This document shows positions 50,001-58,461 of a DNA stretch of 58,461 nt, piece by piece. The DNA comes from a virus (taxonomy: Duplodnaviria > Caudoviricetes). Position 1 is the stretch's first letter. Every line of letters starts with the position of its first letter. The notes under the pieces were generated by a model that was not told the DNA's origin, did no database searches, and saw only the letters and a list, made by a program, of their open reading frames with translations. The position numbers were made by a program, and so were the translations under genes. The stretch is taken from the IMG/VR virus record IMGVR_UViG_3300044678_001332, positions 1-58,461 of that record; one strand, given 5' to 3'.

Positions 50001-50726
50001 ATGACACAAGATGAAGCTACACAATACCAAGGTTATGACCCTACAAAAGTTACACCTTCTTCTACTACTAAAAGTGGATTACCAGTAGGTAATGAAGATA
50101 TATTTGGTAATGATAAATTAGGAAAAGGTTTAGCAATAGGTCAAGCTGCAATTCCATTAATAGAAGCAGGTTATCATTTGTTTAATAAACCTAAACATAT
50201 TAAAGCACCTGTTGTACAAGATGCAACTGTTAATTATGAACAATCTAGAATAAGAGATCAAAGACAAACAAATTTGACTAGAAGTTCTTATTTAAATATG
50301 TTAAGAAATTCAGGTATGTCAGCAAATCAATTTGCTGGTAATGCTAAAGATTATCTTTTAAATTCTGCTGCAGAACAAGCAGGTAGAGATGCAACAAGTA
50401 TTCAAAATGAACAAAATCAAAATGCTGTTGCTAGAGCACAAGCTGAAAATTTAAATGCTCAAAATAGATTTGCAACTGATCAATTAAATTATGAGATAGA
50501 TCAAAACAGACTTGGTAATATATTTGGTGCATTTAATAATGCAGCTACTATGGGAATGCAAGGTTACAATGATATAAAACAAAATGAATATGATAGAATG
50601 AGAGCATTGAGTACACAATCAGAAAATGTAGTACCTGTAAATGTTAATGGTAGAATATATCAAGCAACAAAAGGACCTGATGGTTATTACTTTAATGGTA
50701 AAAAAATAGCAGAATTTGGAGTTTAA
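44016..50726 (+). CDS. Multidomain putative virion cargo protein: two HExxH zincin-like domains, ADP-ribosyltransferase domain, repeated xxxGG motifs
   Basis: HELSH (44934), HELTH (45804), R-G/STS/ENE ART motifs (~47538-47795), ~19 GG motifs; positioned after the muzzle gene. Confidence 0.7.
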   Translation: MAEKNSLWKNIRKKAAQNKRTGATPKKPTKEMLRQERKIKAKKYYAGGPIGEGDDKNKALKGTNDTLIAPTLNTQIVEEEAPQWMKDKETIRPDEINFWESFNPKKWGLNDYSNYSSFNSAFRNAREAGEDEFVWNKERYNTNLIPKDISDQYWDSKKFIQDYYTNEPFIPLDTNYFDLHDFNDKLSKDKYGYTWQEYYDKVSKTPVYSKDSGRSDEEGKILDSYFDTLGLLSRSGYYSSLSDKEKSDYYTYQKSKYVDALNDPNYYFSITSQPNPKNRVLGYQHSGDKKLYASNTGNREDFTTFIHELSHKGDSKSRSSYNNESNRIPTVDTDALNKFGNKLSQKRFNYVSDPTETEARKMSTLYFMNKVLKKDISSGKIKNKDLTELYNLYNSEGGYWSSKSIPGDVRDLLELYKYQWNDLLKYLNNDFSYYKPVQKAKGGPTGNDEDPFKSKLNQGQTVGKTSQDWLANWVRSPKFAERLNQNFPAPASDLEKKIYGNKEARERASAANLKTINKRIPDVISDIYDTNFLYNTNPESNTGLLNTYRSRLGDPKSIRDFDKNMSTNPQGFTDQDGRIIITNEANTQYGPQSVGVHELTHKVSEGDKTLDKLFRGKFQTPSPDKIDANYKKDEMYPFLMQMRFDNKFQPGEEITPERLKQIRESGPNNHLFRYYNDDEISKYLNTLASNQTQAPMQYAAKGGYMYAEGGDGEDEPVTLYKKAYYNPDQDRIIPYAGSQDNEYYVTPDTPQGIDFERRLPELEITDDYNSTEDYYGNKRYIPSETGFIPNPNYKPLASGRAEPTLGPVEAALFAPVAGAVAGTMASKAVPAVVSALELPAVVGGRTIPLLTGNNILGVTGGITGANMLGSDINSGYYTSNASIEDKIARGLETGLLIGTSPGMLPAMGSAYKNVKNSLGKNKELLSNSASNQLPPPPPETFNIIDGYVPGSYVPDYASQFTPLETFNNSKFSLKDINNKIKSLKNITYKGKSIFKNKKIGHYDEPLKNDSSYETWKKTVLGENADSVISLQEFKDAHKQSIEYFKSIGAPLTTGKEHGLFIKNILADRIPNFTSLQFDDKGRRLIFDPDMYGSDIQPAELRQMEKFITGEGYDITKMTPKERMLMEAYAHGYDTSLNEVLRGSSQGPVSKYYLEQGQILNEGILKNKFQNPSFVRRGVQSDYTVELLDPITYKPTGVTKLRSELTKGDTFIDKSFLSTSATPSYWGPTELSELIEIPGGSLQSFAVPEAATATRFRGENEAILPTGLIRQVIDNNLHNHPEFFDWRAKFRTKILNPYEDGGTINPYMYYAGGPMQYKRGGLLKDIGLGVADFALSTIGGVTGIKSMKDIVNEKQYSNDRFDAGANFAGSLGSTALKLIPVTAPIANAAGVVGGAANKAFGIDAANYNPNQEVSDLEKAGNIVGQAGNVASMFMGSTSGVSEDAGKFMQGVDKINQFGQSPAGQLLNQGLSFEQGGDINKFNNFTNSMRDRYNSYRNKYSRGGKVQDNAEEKLEYFGMTKVPNHSGFHYENPNGGSYGGTNASFEKNEIVLHAKGGPTPGPGEFVFPSEVNGQKNRPAFLELDKNGMPIPLNMTIAQFVEREVNKGSEFRKENSLGRERVDMANQKAMDMVAYYDQLDQQQAQQKEMMVNGALQYAAAGGKINKDIEKILNDDIQSYIKADNYYAYGGYLPKNKKFNMPYSNGGKLPKEVLRARVQAHMSIKEANSYVDQYANGGSMDPPTAKRSYVKQGSNSMLGNNLNNTEFGSRIINEYGNGLPNDTSYIYQSPTEDYFYNTGQNTQNGKPVSNYNSGSVAPFSANVYQDRIKRLAGYANGGPVVSNVNQDFGLYAQNRGGMMMANGGMMPQNDSMSKQIAAALQQGADPQQLLQQLLQQLVKSGMDPQQAQAMLENIMGSMQASQTQAPMMAMGGEMYAPGGFFDNLRSDFNHGRRMAFNKPYRNAYNLAKGYNTINPKNYPNVFTEGNGQVGGEDYAGLYPMTQDEATQYQGYDPTKVTPSSTTKSGLPVGNEDIFGNDKLGKGLAIGQAAIPLIEAGYHLFNKPKHIKAPVVQDATVNYEQSRIRDQRQTNLTRSSYLNMLRNSGMSANQFAGNAKDYLLNSAAEQAGRDATSIQNEQNQNAVARAQAENLNAQNRFATDQLNYEIDQNRLGNIFGAFNNAATMGMQGYNDIKQNEYDRMRALSTQSENVVPVNVNGRIYQATKGPDGYYFNGKKIAEFGV

Positions 50727-50738
50727 AAAATATAAGAT

Positions 50739-52979
50739 ATGAATTTATACAAGTTTCAACCTAGACAATATGTAGATGTATTACCTGATTTACCATTAGA
50801 ATGGTTACAAGGTCAGGTTGATAAAAAACAGAATGTTATTAATGCTCAAAGAGATGAGCTTAATAAAGCTGCTGAAAACTATTTAAAATTAAACTATGGA
50901 ACTTTTGGTAGAGATCTTTATGATCAAATAAATAAAGACTACCAAGGAAAGTTTAAACAAATGTCAGAAGACTTGTTAACTAGACAAGACATTCCTGGAG
51001 TAGCATCATCATTTTCTAATTTAGTTAGAGAAGCAGCATTTGATCCTAGAATCAAAGATCTTAATAAAGAATTTGCAGCTTATCAGAAATATTTAGAAAC
51101 TAAAATGAATCCTGAATTTCATGGTGCTATAGATTTAACTCAATATGGAAAACAAATAGGTGAAGACTTTAATGTTGATCAAGCTATTGCACAGTATCCT
51201 TTAGTTAAATATGAAGATAGTATTCAACCTTATGTTGCAACAGCTGAGAAATTTAAACCTTATAAAGATGTTAATACTGATAAGTGGGTATTTAGTAATC
51301 CAATATCAGGTGAAACATTTGTTCGTAATACTAAAGAAGAAATTGAACAAGTTTCTAAACCAAGATTACAAGAATATTTTGAAAGTCAGTATTATAATTG
51401 GAACATGGATGCTAGATCTAAGTATGATAAGTTAAAAGGTACTAATGTAGATTTAAATCAATTTGATCCTAACTTTAATTTCAAAGATGAAAATTTAGGT
51501 AGAGATATTTGGAGAAAAAAGTATTTACCATATTTACAAATGGCTTATACTCAAAGAGATGAAGAAACTGAAGTTACACCAATGGGTGGAGGAAAACCAA
51601 CATCTTCAAATAATCCTAATAAACCACCAGCTGATGTTAAATTAGAGTATAACATGATGACTTCAATGTATGGTATTGGTGTTTTAGGTAATAGATTATC
51701 TACAGGTGAAGAAATAAGAACTTATGATGATGCAATAGGTAATATTCAAGATCATAAAAATAGAATAAGTACATTAGTTCGTCAAATGTTTGAAGCATCT
51801 AAAAAAGGTGATCATGCTACAGTACTTACTTTAGATAAAGAAAGACAAAATCTAATGTCAGATTTAACTACTTGGGAGTCTTGGCAAAAACTTATTGAAG
51901 AAGATTTGTATAATAAAAATTTAGGACAAGATTTAAGTAATGCTTTAAAACTTGAAAAAGATTGGATTGAAAGTCATTCAGGTCAAATTGCAGATTTTGG
52001 TGCATTAAGTTTAATTTATAAAAAACCAGTTGAACAAATAAAGAATGATATTTTTTATAAAAGAGATACTACATATGAAGGAGTTGATTATGATGAAATA
52101 GATGCTTTCTTAGAAGAAGCTAGTAAAATAAGAAGAGCTAATTTAAAAGGTGATGCATCTAAGCTTTATGAAAGGTGGGAAAAATATTTAAACTATCAAA
52201 CACAAGGTACATCATATCAACCTAATAATGATGCTTCTAGACAAAGATTAGATCAAATGGTTTTATCTTTAATTACTTCTGGTAAAAAACCTTATAACTT
52301 ACAGACTGATAAAGAAGTTTCTGATTTTAAAGCTTTACAAGAATATTTATTAAAATTGCAAGCTGAAAATGGTTCATTTAATACTAAAGGTTTAAGTACA
52401 GAAATTCTTTTAGATGAAGAAGATGGTCCTGTATTAATATTACATGGATTAAATATAGATGGTAGTAAAGGAGAAGATATTCCTAATTCTATAGAATTTG
52501 ATATTAGAGATACACCTAGTTTATTAAATGTTCTTTATGAAATAGATCCTAGTAGACAAACTCGCAATGCTTACTTTGTTGAAGCTGCAAGATCATTAAA
52601 AGAAAATAAAAACAAGAAGGGATCATTTACTTTAAATTCTTATGGTAATGTTCAAGAAGAAGTTAATTTCTCAAGAGTACCTATAGGTGATGGTAAATAC
52701 ATGTTTAAAGATTCAGACAATGTAATGTATGCTAGTTTAAATGATTTAATTCAAACTAAAACACTAATTGCTGCTGAAGAGGATAAAAATATTGAAGTAG
52801 CTAGACAAAAATTAAGTCAAGATTTTAATATGGCTGTTCAATCAGGAGATGTTGAATTAATTAAACAAGCTATGGCTAAAGCTCAAAATTTTGAAATTCT
52901 TTTAGAGAAAGAACTAAAACAGAAGCGAGAGGGAAAGGGCAAGCCTCAGGTGAAAGGTCCGTTCAACCTGGGGCAGTAA
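50739..52979 (+). CDS. Putative virion cargo/ejected protein (0-frame product)
   Basis: 746 aa, helical; position among crAss-like cargo genes. Confidence 0.65.
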   Translation: MNLYKFQPRQYVDVLPDLPLEWLQGQVDKKQNVINAQRDELNKAAENYLKLNYGTFGRDLYDQINKDYQGKFKQMSEDLLTRQDIPGVASSFSNLVREAAFDPRIKDLNKEFAAYQKYLETKMNPEFHGAIDLTQYGKQIGEDFNVDQAIAQYPLVKYEDSIQPYVATAEKFKPYKDVNTDKWVFSNPISGETFVRNTKEEIEQVSKPRLQEYFESQYYNWNMDARSKYDKLKGTNVDLNQFDPNFNFKDENLGRDIWRKKYLPYLQMAYTQRDEETEVTPMGGGKPTSSNNPNKPPADVKLEYNMMTSMYGIGVLGNRLSTGEEIRTYDDAIGNIQDHKNRISTLVRQMFEASKKGDHATVLTLDKERQNLMSDLTTWESWQKLIEEDLYNKNLGQDLSNALKLEKDWIESHSGQIADFGALSLIYKKPVEQIKNDIFYKRDTTYEGVDYDEIDAFLEEASKIRRANLKGDASKLYERWEKYLNYQTQGTSYQPNNDASRQRLDQMVLSLITSGKKPYNLQTDKEVSDFKALQEYLLKLQAENGSFNTKGLSTEILLDEEDGPVLILHGLNIDGSKGEDIPNSIEFDIRDTPSLLNVLYEIDPSRQTRNAYFVEAARSLKENKNKKGSFTLNSYGNVQEEVNFSRVPIGDGKYMFKDSDNVMYASLNDLIQTKTLIAAEEDKNIEVARQKLSQDFNMAVQSGDVELIKQAMAKAQNFEILLEKELKQKREGKGKPQVKGPFNLGQ
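52931..52974 (+). promoter_or_regulatory. -1 programmed ribosomal frameshift signal
   Basis: G GGA AAG in the correct phase, 5-nt spacer, then stem GCCTCAGGT-GAA/TTC-A-ACCTGGGGC. Confidence 0.8.
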
Positions 52980-54895
52980 GTAGCTTTAACAAAGCATTAG
53001 GATCAGTAGAACAAGACCCTAAAGAAGGTTATAGATCAACTAACCCTAACTCATCAGCAGTTGGTAAGTATCAACATATATGGGGAATACATGGAGAACC
53101 ACAAAAGGGTCAAACAATTTCTGAAATTGAAAGAGTAACAGGAGTTAAATCAAAAGAAGATTATTTAAATAACCCAGAAGCTCAAGAAAAATATCAGGCT
53201 CATTTAGAAAGTCATTATAAAAGAAATGTACCTGGATTAAGAAAAAGATTTCCTGGAGTAACTAAAGGAATTGATGATGAAGTATTAATGGCTCTTCAAC
53301 ATCTTTCAGGTTTAGGAGATGCTAGAATATATTTAGATACTTTAGAAAAAACTAAATCTTATGATGCTGCTCAACAAGCTTTAAATCAATCTATAGAAAA
53401 AAGAACAGGTGAGGCTCCTCCAACTAATAAAACAGTTTTTGAATATTTAAATAATTTTTCTGAAAATTTAGAAAAGGATAATACTCCTAAAACACCTCAA
53501 ATATTTGCTCCTAAAAAACAACCTCAATTAAATCCTAATCCTACATTTACTGCATCACCATTTGCTACACCTAAAGTTACTCAAACTAAACCTCAACCTC
53601 AAGAACCTGTTGATAGTAGATTTAGAGTATTACCAGAAGTTCTTCCTAAAATAGAACAACCTAAAACTGTTACTGAAACTAAAGATCCTAATTTTGTTGA
53701 AAAGGTTTGGACATACCTGTTTGAAAGTGATGTTCCTATTAAAGAAACTAGTAAAATAAAAGAAGCAGCTGATGGTAATCCTGTAGAAGATGAGGAGTTT
53801 GTTGCAAGTAATGATTCTAATGTAGCATTAACACCTAAAGCTACACCTAAATTATCTAATGTTAGAAGAGTAACTGAAGATCCAAAAATTAAACAAAGAA
53901 AAATAGAAGATGAAAATTTTACAAAAAATATTGGATATTCAAAAGTTAATGATAAAGTTTATAGAGGTAAGTCTCATAAAAACTTAGATTTAGGTAGTTA
54001 TTCTAAAATGATTGTTGATATGTCAGATGGTATAACAGTAACTTATCAACCTAGAAATGCTAGAAAAAATGATAGAACAGAAGTTAATAATGCAATAGCT
54101 ATTACTGATTATTTATATGACTTTGACTTTACAAATAATTGGTATGATAAACAAGCTGATTATCAAATTACAAAATTAAAAGAAAGCTTATTTAAACCTA
54201 AAGACTGGGAAAAAAGAACTTATATTAACGCAGAAGGTAAAAGAGTAAAATATGGTCCATGGTCTAAAAATTGGGATAATGCTTTAGATGGTAGAAAATT
54301 TGTAACTGTACGAGAACCTTTAGGTAATAATAAATATAAAATATCTATTAAACCTATTGATAATCTCACTGAAAAAGATTTTGAAGAGTCTACAATATAT
54401 AGACAAGGGTACGCTAAATTATCTGATCTTGATATAACACCTGATCAGAAAAAAATTAAATTATTTGCTAAAAAAGATGCTTTTGTTGGTCAAGGACTTC
54501 CTTTTAGAGATGAAAATAATAAAGAACATGGACTAAGAGTAAGTGGAGGTAAGGGTAATGTGAGTGTAAATTTAAAAGGTGAAAATGTAAAAGGATATTT
54601 AAATATATCTAGCCTTAATCAATTTGGTGCTTATTTAGGAGGTACTGTTACTATTATATCTGAAGATGGTAAAATAGCTAAAAAAGTTAGTGGTAGTTTA
54701 AAAGACATTTTAGAAACTGCTTTCTATATTAAAAAACAAACTGGTAGTAAAGAAGTTTACTTTTTACAAAGCGATGCAGGTAGTATGAATATAAAAGCTG
54801 ATGCTAATAATGGTAAAATTACACCTGCTCAATTAGCAATTTCTAGAAACCAAGAACCTCAAGCAGGTGCTGCAGAGATACTTTTAAATGAATAA
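52937..54895 (+). CDS. -1 frame extension: lysozyme/lytic-transglycosylase-like domain plus C-terminal region (includes ORF 53288..54895)
   Basis: Frame open from 52895 to the stop at 54895, first ATG at 53288. Upstream of that ATG it encodes ALGSVE...GY...NPNSSAVGKYQ...YLNNPEAQE. Confidence 0.7.
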   Translation, partial: GQASGERSVQPGAVSSFNKALGSVEQDPKEGYRSTNPNSSAVGKYQHIWGIHGEPQKGQTISEIERVTGVKSKEDYLNNPEAQEKYQAHLESHYKRNVPGLRKRFPGVTKGIDDEVLMALQHLSGLGDARIYLDTLEKTKSYDAAQQALNQSIEKRTGEAPPTNKTVFEYLNNFSENLEKDNTPKTPQIFAPKKQPQLNPNPTFTASPFATPKVTQTKPQPQEPVDSRFRVLPEVLPKIEQPKTVTETKDPNFVEKVWTYLFESDVPIKETSKIKEAADGNPVEDEEFVASNDSNVALTPKATPKLSNVRRVTEDPKIKQRKIEDENFTKNIGYSKVNDKVYRGKSHKNLDLGSYSKMIVDMSDGITVTYQPRNARKNDRTEVNNAIAITDYLYDFDFTNNWYDKQADYQITKLKESLFKPKDWEKRTYINAEGKRVKYGPWSKNWDNALDGRKFVTVREPLGNNKYKISIKPIDNLTEKDFEESTIYRQGYAKLSDLDITPDQKKIKLFAKKDAFVGQGLPFRDENNKEHGLRVSGGKGNVSVNLKGENVKGYLNISSLNQFGAYLGGTVTIISEDGKIAKKVSGSLKDILETAFYIKKQTGSKEVYFLQSDAGSMNIKADANNGKITPAQLAISRNQEPQAGAAEILLNE

Positions 54896-54900
54896 TTAAC

Positions 54901-54908
54901 TATATTTG
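54901..54908 (+). promoter_or_regulatory. Bacteroidota-type -7 promoter element
   Basis: TATATTTG 23 nt upstream of the ATG at 54932. Confidence 0.55.
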
Positions 54909-54931
54909 CATAATAATCATTATTGTATAAT

Positions 54932-57900
54932 ATGGATGAATTAGACAAATTGTTAGCAGAGGGTAAGATTACAGCCTCTGAATATGCTAGACTTGTAAGA
55001 CAACAAACAGAAAGCCAAAGTGCAGATTATAGAAAGAGTGAAGTTTTAGAAGCTGCTGCAGGTATTCAACAATTTTATAAATCACATTTAGGTATAGATC
55101 CTAGTGACATTGCTTCTGGTCAACCAGAATATCAAATGTCAATGTCACCTGAAGAACTTGAAACTTATACTTCAAGAGGTATTACTCCAAGTACTTACAG
55201 AGATTATGAAGATGATAGAGCTGAAGCTCAGTCATTTGCTGACAAACTTGGAAATGGTTTAACTAAACTTATTGGTAAATCTGCTACTGCAGTAGCTGGT
55301 GGTATTGGTATGGTACCATCAATAGCAGCTAATGTTGCAGGACAGTTAGAGGATATAGTTAATGGTGACAATACTTCATTCCATGAAATATATGATAATT
55401 TTTATTACAGAGCATTAGATGAAGCTAATGCAGCAATGGATGAAGCATTACCTCATTATGTTACAAGAGAAGAAGAAAATGCTTCTCTATTAAATTCATT
55501 AGGTACTGCTAACTTTTGGACTAATGACTTTTTACAAGGTGCTTCATTTGTTATAGGTGCAATAGCAACTGAAGGTTTAATGACTCTTGGTGCAGAAGCA
55601 TCAGGTCTTAGAAACTTAACTAGAACATTAGATGCTGTAAAAAAAGGAACTAAGGTTGATGATATTGCTGGGTTAATGGGTAGGTCAGCAACTGCTCAAA
55701 CAGGTTATGAAGCTGTTACATTAGGTAGACAGATAATAACAGGTGCTGGTTATGAGTCTTCAGTAGAAGCATTATCTTTTGTTAAAGATGCTGAAAGACA
55801 ATGGTTAGATGATTATAGATCACAACACTTAGAAGAACCTACTGAAGAAGAATATGCTAAAGCAATGGAAGAAATTTATTCAGTTGCTAATGGTGTATTT
55901 GGAATGAATATGTTAGTTGTTGGTACAACTCAAGCTAAAACCTTACCAGGATTATTTGCACCTAAATTAGCTAACTCAATTAGAAGAGTATTAGGTAAAG
56001 GAGAAATAGCTGAAGCATCTCAAATAATTCAAACATCTAAACTATCTGCTAAACAATTAGATAGAGCTGCTAAAAACTTAGGTAAAACAGTTGATGAAGT
56101 AAAAGCAATACCTAACATAGCTAAAGAAGCTACTTATAGTAAATTAGGTAAGATTACAAGTAGAACTGCTAGAGGTTTAGAAGGTGCTGTATTTGAAGGT
56201 GGACAAGAAGGTTTACAGAAAGCAATTAGTTATAGTGCATTAGATTACTTAAATGATAGAATGGACCCTGCAGCAAATGAAGACTTTATGGATTCATGGA
56301 TGTATGGATTAACTAAAGCTTTTGGTAATAATGCTGAAAGTTGGAAAGAAATATTTATTGGTGCATTGTTAGGTTCTGTAGGTGGACCAGGTGGTAAAGG
56401 TGGATGGCAAGGTGGAATTTATGAAGGTTTTAGAGACAGAACTAAATCTGAGAACTTTCAAAATGTATTAAACCTTGCTAATAATTATTCTAAAAACTCA
56501 GAAGGTATTTTAAATAATTATTTAAAGCATTGGAACCTAACTTTAAATCTTCAAGATAAAAAGGACAGGGCTTATGATAAGAATGACATGTATGACTATC
56601 ATTCTCAAGAAGCTAAAGAAGTTTTTAATTATTTAAACTTCATGAAGAAAATGGGAAGACTATCAGAGGTTGATGAACAACTTAGTGATAGTCTTAACAA
56701 GTTAAATAAGAAACAATTTGAAGAACTGTATGGTTATAAAAACTTAACTAATACTGAATTTACAAAACGTAAAGCAGAATTGTCTCAAAAGATAGCAAGA
56801 GAAATTAGTGATGTTTCTGAGTCTGCAGATAAAGGTGCTTCTATTTACAGAGGTGGAGATCAGGATGTTTTAGATGGTATTGCATATACTATTTATGCTC
56901 ATAAGAATGCTGATAATAGAGAAAGTAAGATAGCAGAAGAAGTTAGTAAGCTTGTAGGAATTATAGATCCTAGAAGTTTAGTTGAAATATCTAGAGATAA
57001 CCAAAGATTAAAATTAAAAGATGGTTGGTTATACACTTATAAAAGTAAACTTAAAGGTTTAAAGGCTGCTAAAAAAGCTTTAGAAAACAGAATGTTATCT
57101 GGAAGTGTTAATAAAAAAGATGTACAAATAGATGAGCTTGAAAAGAAAATTAAACAGAAAGAAAAAGAACTTAAAGCTCTTTTGAAAGAAGAATATAATA
57201 CAAGAAAGGCTTTAAGAAAATCTCCAATAACTCCAGAATATGAATTAGATTATGATGAGTTTGAAGAAAAGGTAAACAAGCAAGCTGAGTTTCTTGAAAA
57301 ACTTGAAAAGCATTATGAAACTGATGGTATAGATAAATCAGAAATAGAACAGAAACTTGCTGACCTTAAGAAATTAGCAAGAGATAGAGAAAAGTATATT
57401 GGTGAATTCAATAGACTTCTTACATCAGAAGGTCTTAAAGAACTTGAAACTAGTATTGAAGGTTTAAGAAAAGAGTTTGCCAAAGAGCAGGTTGATGCTA
57501 CTACTATGGCTATAATGGAAGTTGAAAGATCAAAAAAAGCTTCTCAAAGAGTTTATAAAGCACAAGAACTTGCATTTAAATTAAGAGCTAAAAGACTTTC
57601 AGGAATTGAACAGCCTATTACTGAAGATCTAAATGCTGAAACTATTGATACTCTATCTGATAATGCAAATCAGTATTATACTCAGATGATAGCTATAGCT
57701 AACAGTATAGTTGGTGCTAGTCAAAATAATGATGATAAGATTGCAGCATTAGAAAGTTTAATTAAACAGTTTGCTGAAGAAGTTGCAAATGTTCCAGAAG
57801 AATTAAGAAGAGATTATGAAATCCTACTTGATAGATTTAAAACACAAATAGAAAGTTTAATTAATTCTTTAAAGAAAACACCTGGTAGTAAATCAGGTCA

Positions 57901-58461
57901 AGTGTTATCTAGTATTAATAAACTGTTTAATCTATTTAAACCTAAAGAAGATAGAAACTCTAATAAAGGTAAACTAGAACAATTAATAACTAATGGTACT
58001 ATTCTTTCTACTATTAGAAGTGAAATGTATTTTGAATTAATACCTTATCCTGAAGGAGGATCATTAGTAGAACCTCATGATGAAGATGGTTCTGTTATAA
58101 AATCTGATGTAAGATTTAGAAAAGGTATAAAGATAGGTGATCAATACTATGGTATTAAAGTAGCTTATAAACTACATCCTAGTAAATATGTAAACTTTAC
58201 AAATGAATCTGGTCAAACAGAAACTCTAACTGAAGTTACATTGGGATATATTAATGACCCTAAAAGAATTATGGTTAAAAAACCAGATGGTTCTTATGGT
58301 GAATTAAATATTAATGATCCTAATGAAGTAAAACAATTAAACTCTGCATTTGTAAATCCAGTAACAAATGAATTTACAGAATCAGGAAAAGAGTTTGTTC
58401 AAGAATATATTAAATTACAAGCAGGATTTGAAAAACTATTAAAAGCTTTTGGAGATAAAAA
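54932..58461 (+). CDS. Giant putative cargo protein, partial (>1170 aa, runs off window)
   Basis: Manual translation MDELDKLLAEGKITASEY...RAEAQSFADKLGNGLTK...; spot checks find the frame open to KAFGDK at the window end. No RNA polymerase motif seen in this part. Confidence 0.75.
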   Translation, partial: MDELDKLLAEGKITASEYARLVRQQTESQSADYRKSEVLEAAAGIQQFYKSHLGIDPSDIASGQPEYQMSMSPEELETYTSRGITPSTYRDYEDDRAEAQSFADKLGNGLTKLIGKSATAVAGGIGMVPSIAANVAGQLEDIVNGDNTSFHEIYDNFYYRALDEANAAMDEALPHYVTREEENASLLNSLGTANFWTNDFLQGASFVIGAIATEGLMTLGAEASGLRNLTRTLDAVKKGTKVDDIAGLMGRSATAQTGYEAVTLGRQIITGAGYESSVEALSFVKDAERQWLDDYRSQHLEEPTEEEYAKAMEEIYSVANGVFGMNMLVVGTTQAKTLPGLFAPKLANSIRRVLGKGEIAEASQIIQTSKLSAKQLDRAAKNLGKTVDEVKAIPNIAKEATYSKLGKITSRTARGLEGAVFEGGQEGLQKAISYSALDYLNDRMDPAANEDFMDSWMYGLTKAFGNNAESWKEIFIGALLGSVGGPGGKGGWQGGIYEGFRDRTKSENFQNVLNLANNYSKNSEGILNNYLKHWNLTLNLQDKKDRAYDKNDMYDYHSQEAKEVFNYLNFMKKMGRLSEVDEQLSDSLNKLNKKQFEELYGYKNLTNTEFTKRKAELSQKIAREISDVSESADKGASIYRGGDQDVLDGIAYTIYAHKNADNRESKIAEEVSKLVGIIDPRSLVEISRDNQRLKLKDGWLYTYKSKLKGLKAAKKALENRMLSGSVNKKDVQIDELEKKIKQKEKELKALLKEEYNTRKALRKSPITPEYELDYDEFEEKVNKQAEFLEKLEKHYETDGIDKSEIEQKLADLKKLARDREKYIGEFNRLLTSEGLKELETSIEGLRKEFAKEQVDATTMAIMEVERSKKASQRVYKAQELAFKLRAKRLSGIEQPITEDLNAETIDTLSDNANQYYTQMIAIANSIVGASQNNDDKIAALESLIKQFAEEVANVPEELRRDYEILLDRFKTQIESLINSLKKTPGSKSGQVLSSINKLFNLFKPKEDRNSNKGKLEQLITNGTILSTIRSEMYFELIPYPEGGSLVEPHDEDGSVIKSDVRFRKGIKIGDQYYGIKVAYKLHPSKYVNFTNESGQTETLTEVTLGYINDPKRIMVKKPDGSYGELNINDPNEVKQLNSAFVNPVTNEFTESGKEFVQEYIKLQAGFEKLLKAFGDK

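Noticed and set aside
1399-51435. Short antisense or nested ORFs in the track (e.g. 1399+, 2462+, 2818+, 6433+, 13589+, 14229-, 29898-, 47939-)
   Set aside because: They overlap well-supported genes or regulatory regions and have shadow-frame composition.
54932-58461. Calling the final giant ORF the virion RNA polymerase
   Set aside because: Position is compatible, but no DxDxD-type catalytic motif was seen in the portion within the window.

Overview
AT-rich segment of a crAss-like (Crassvirales-type) phage genome, most likely infecting Bacteroidota. It uses the standard genetic code, and TAnnTTTG promoter elements precede many genes. 1-6.5 kb (minus strand, early-type region): small ORFs, tRNA-Arg(UCU), an oversized tRNA-like RNA, and a DUF1874/AcrIII-1 ring-nuclease gene between two long, hairpin-dense non-coding tracts. 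The upstream tract holds a twister ribozyme. From ~6.9 kb (plus strand, late region): GroES-, HU- and ferritin-like genes, terminase, portal, major capsid and neighbouring structural genes, collagen/fibre genes, a cassette of signal-peptide proteins ending in a T9SS type-B CTD protein, a lysis cassette, tail ring/muzzle genes and large cargo genes. Main highlights: (i) a -1 ribosomal frameshift signal (G GGA AAG plus GC-rich hairpin) predicted to fuse a lysozyme-like domain to a cargo protein; (ii) a 2236-aa cargo protein whose two HExxH domains and ADP-ribosyltransferase domain are bounded by ~19 xxxGG motifs, suggesting a processed effector polyprotein; (iii) the ribozyme/structured-RNA/AcrIII-1 locus; (iv) the phage-encoded T9SS-substrate cassette. 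All family calls come from motif recognition by eye; no database searches were run.
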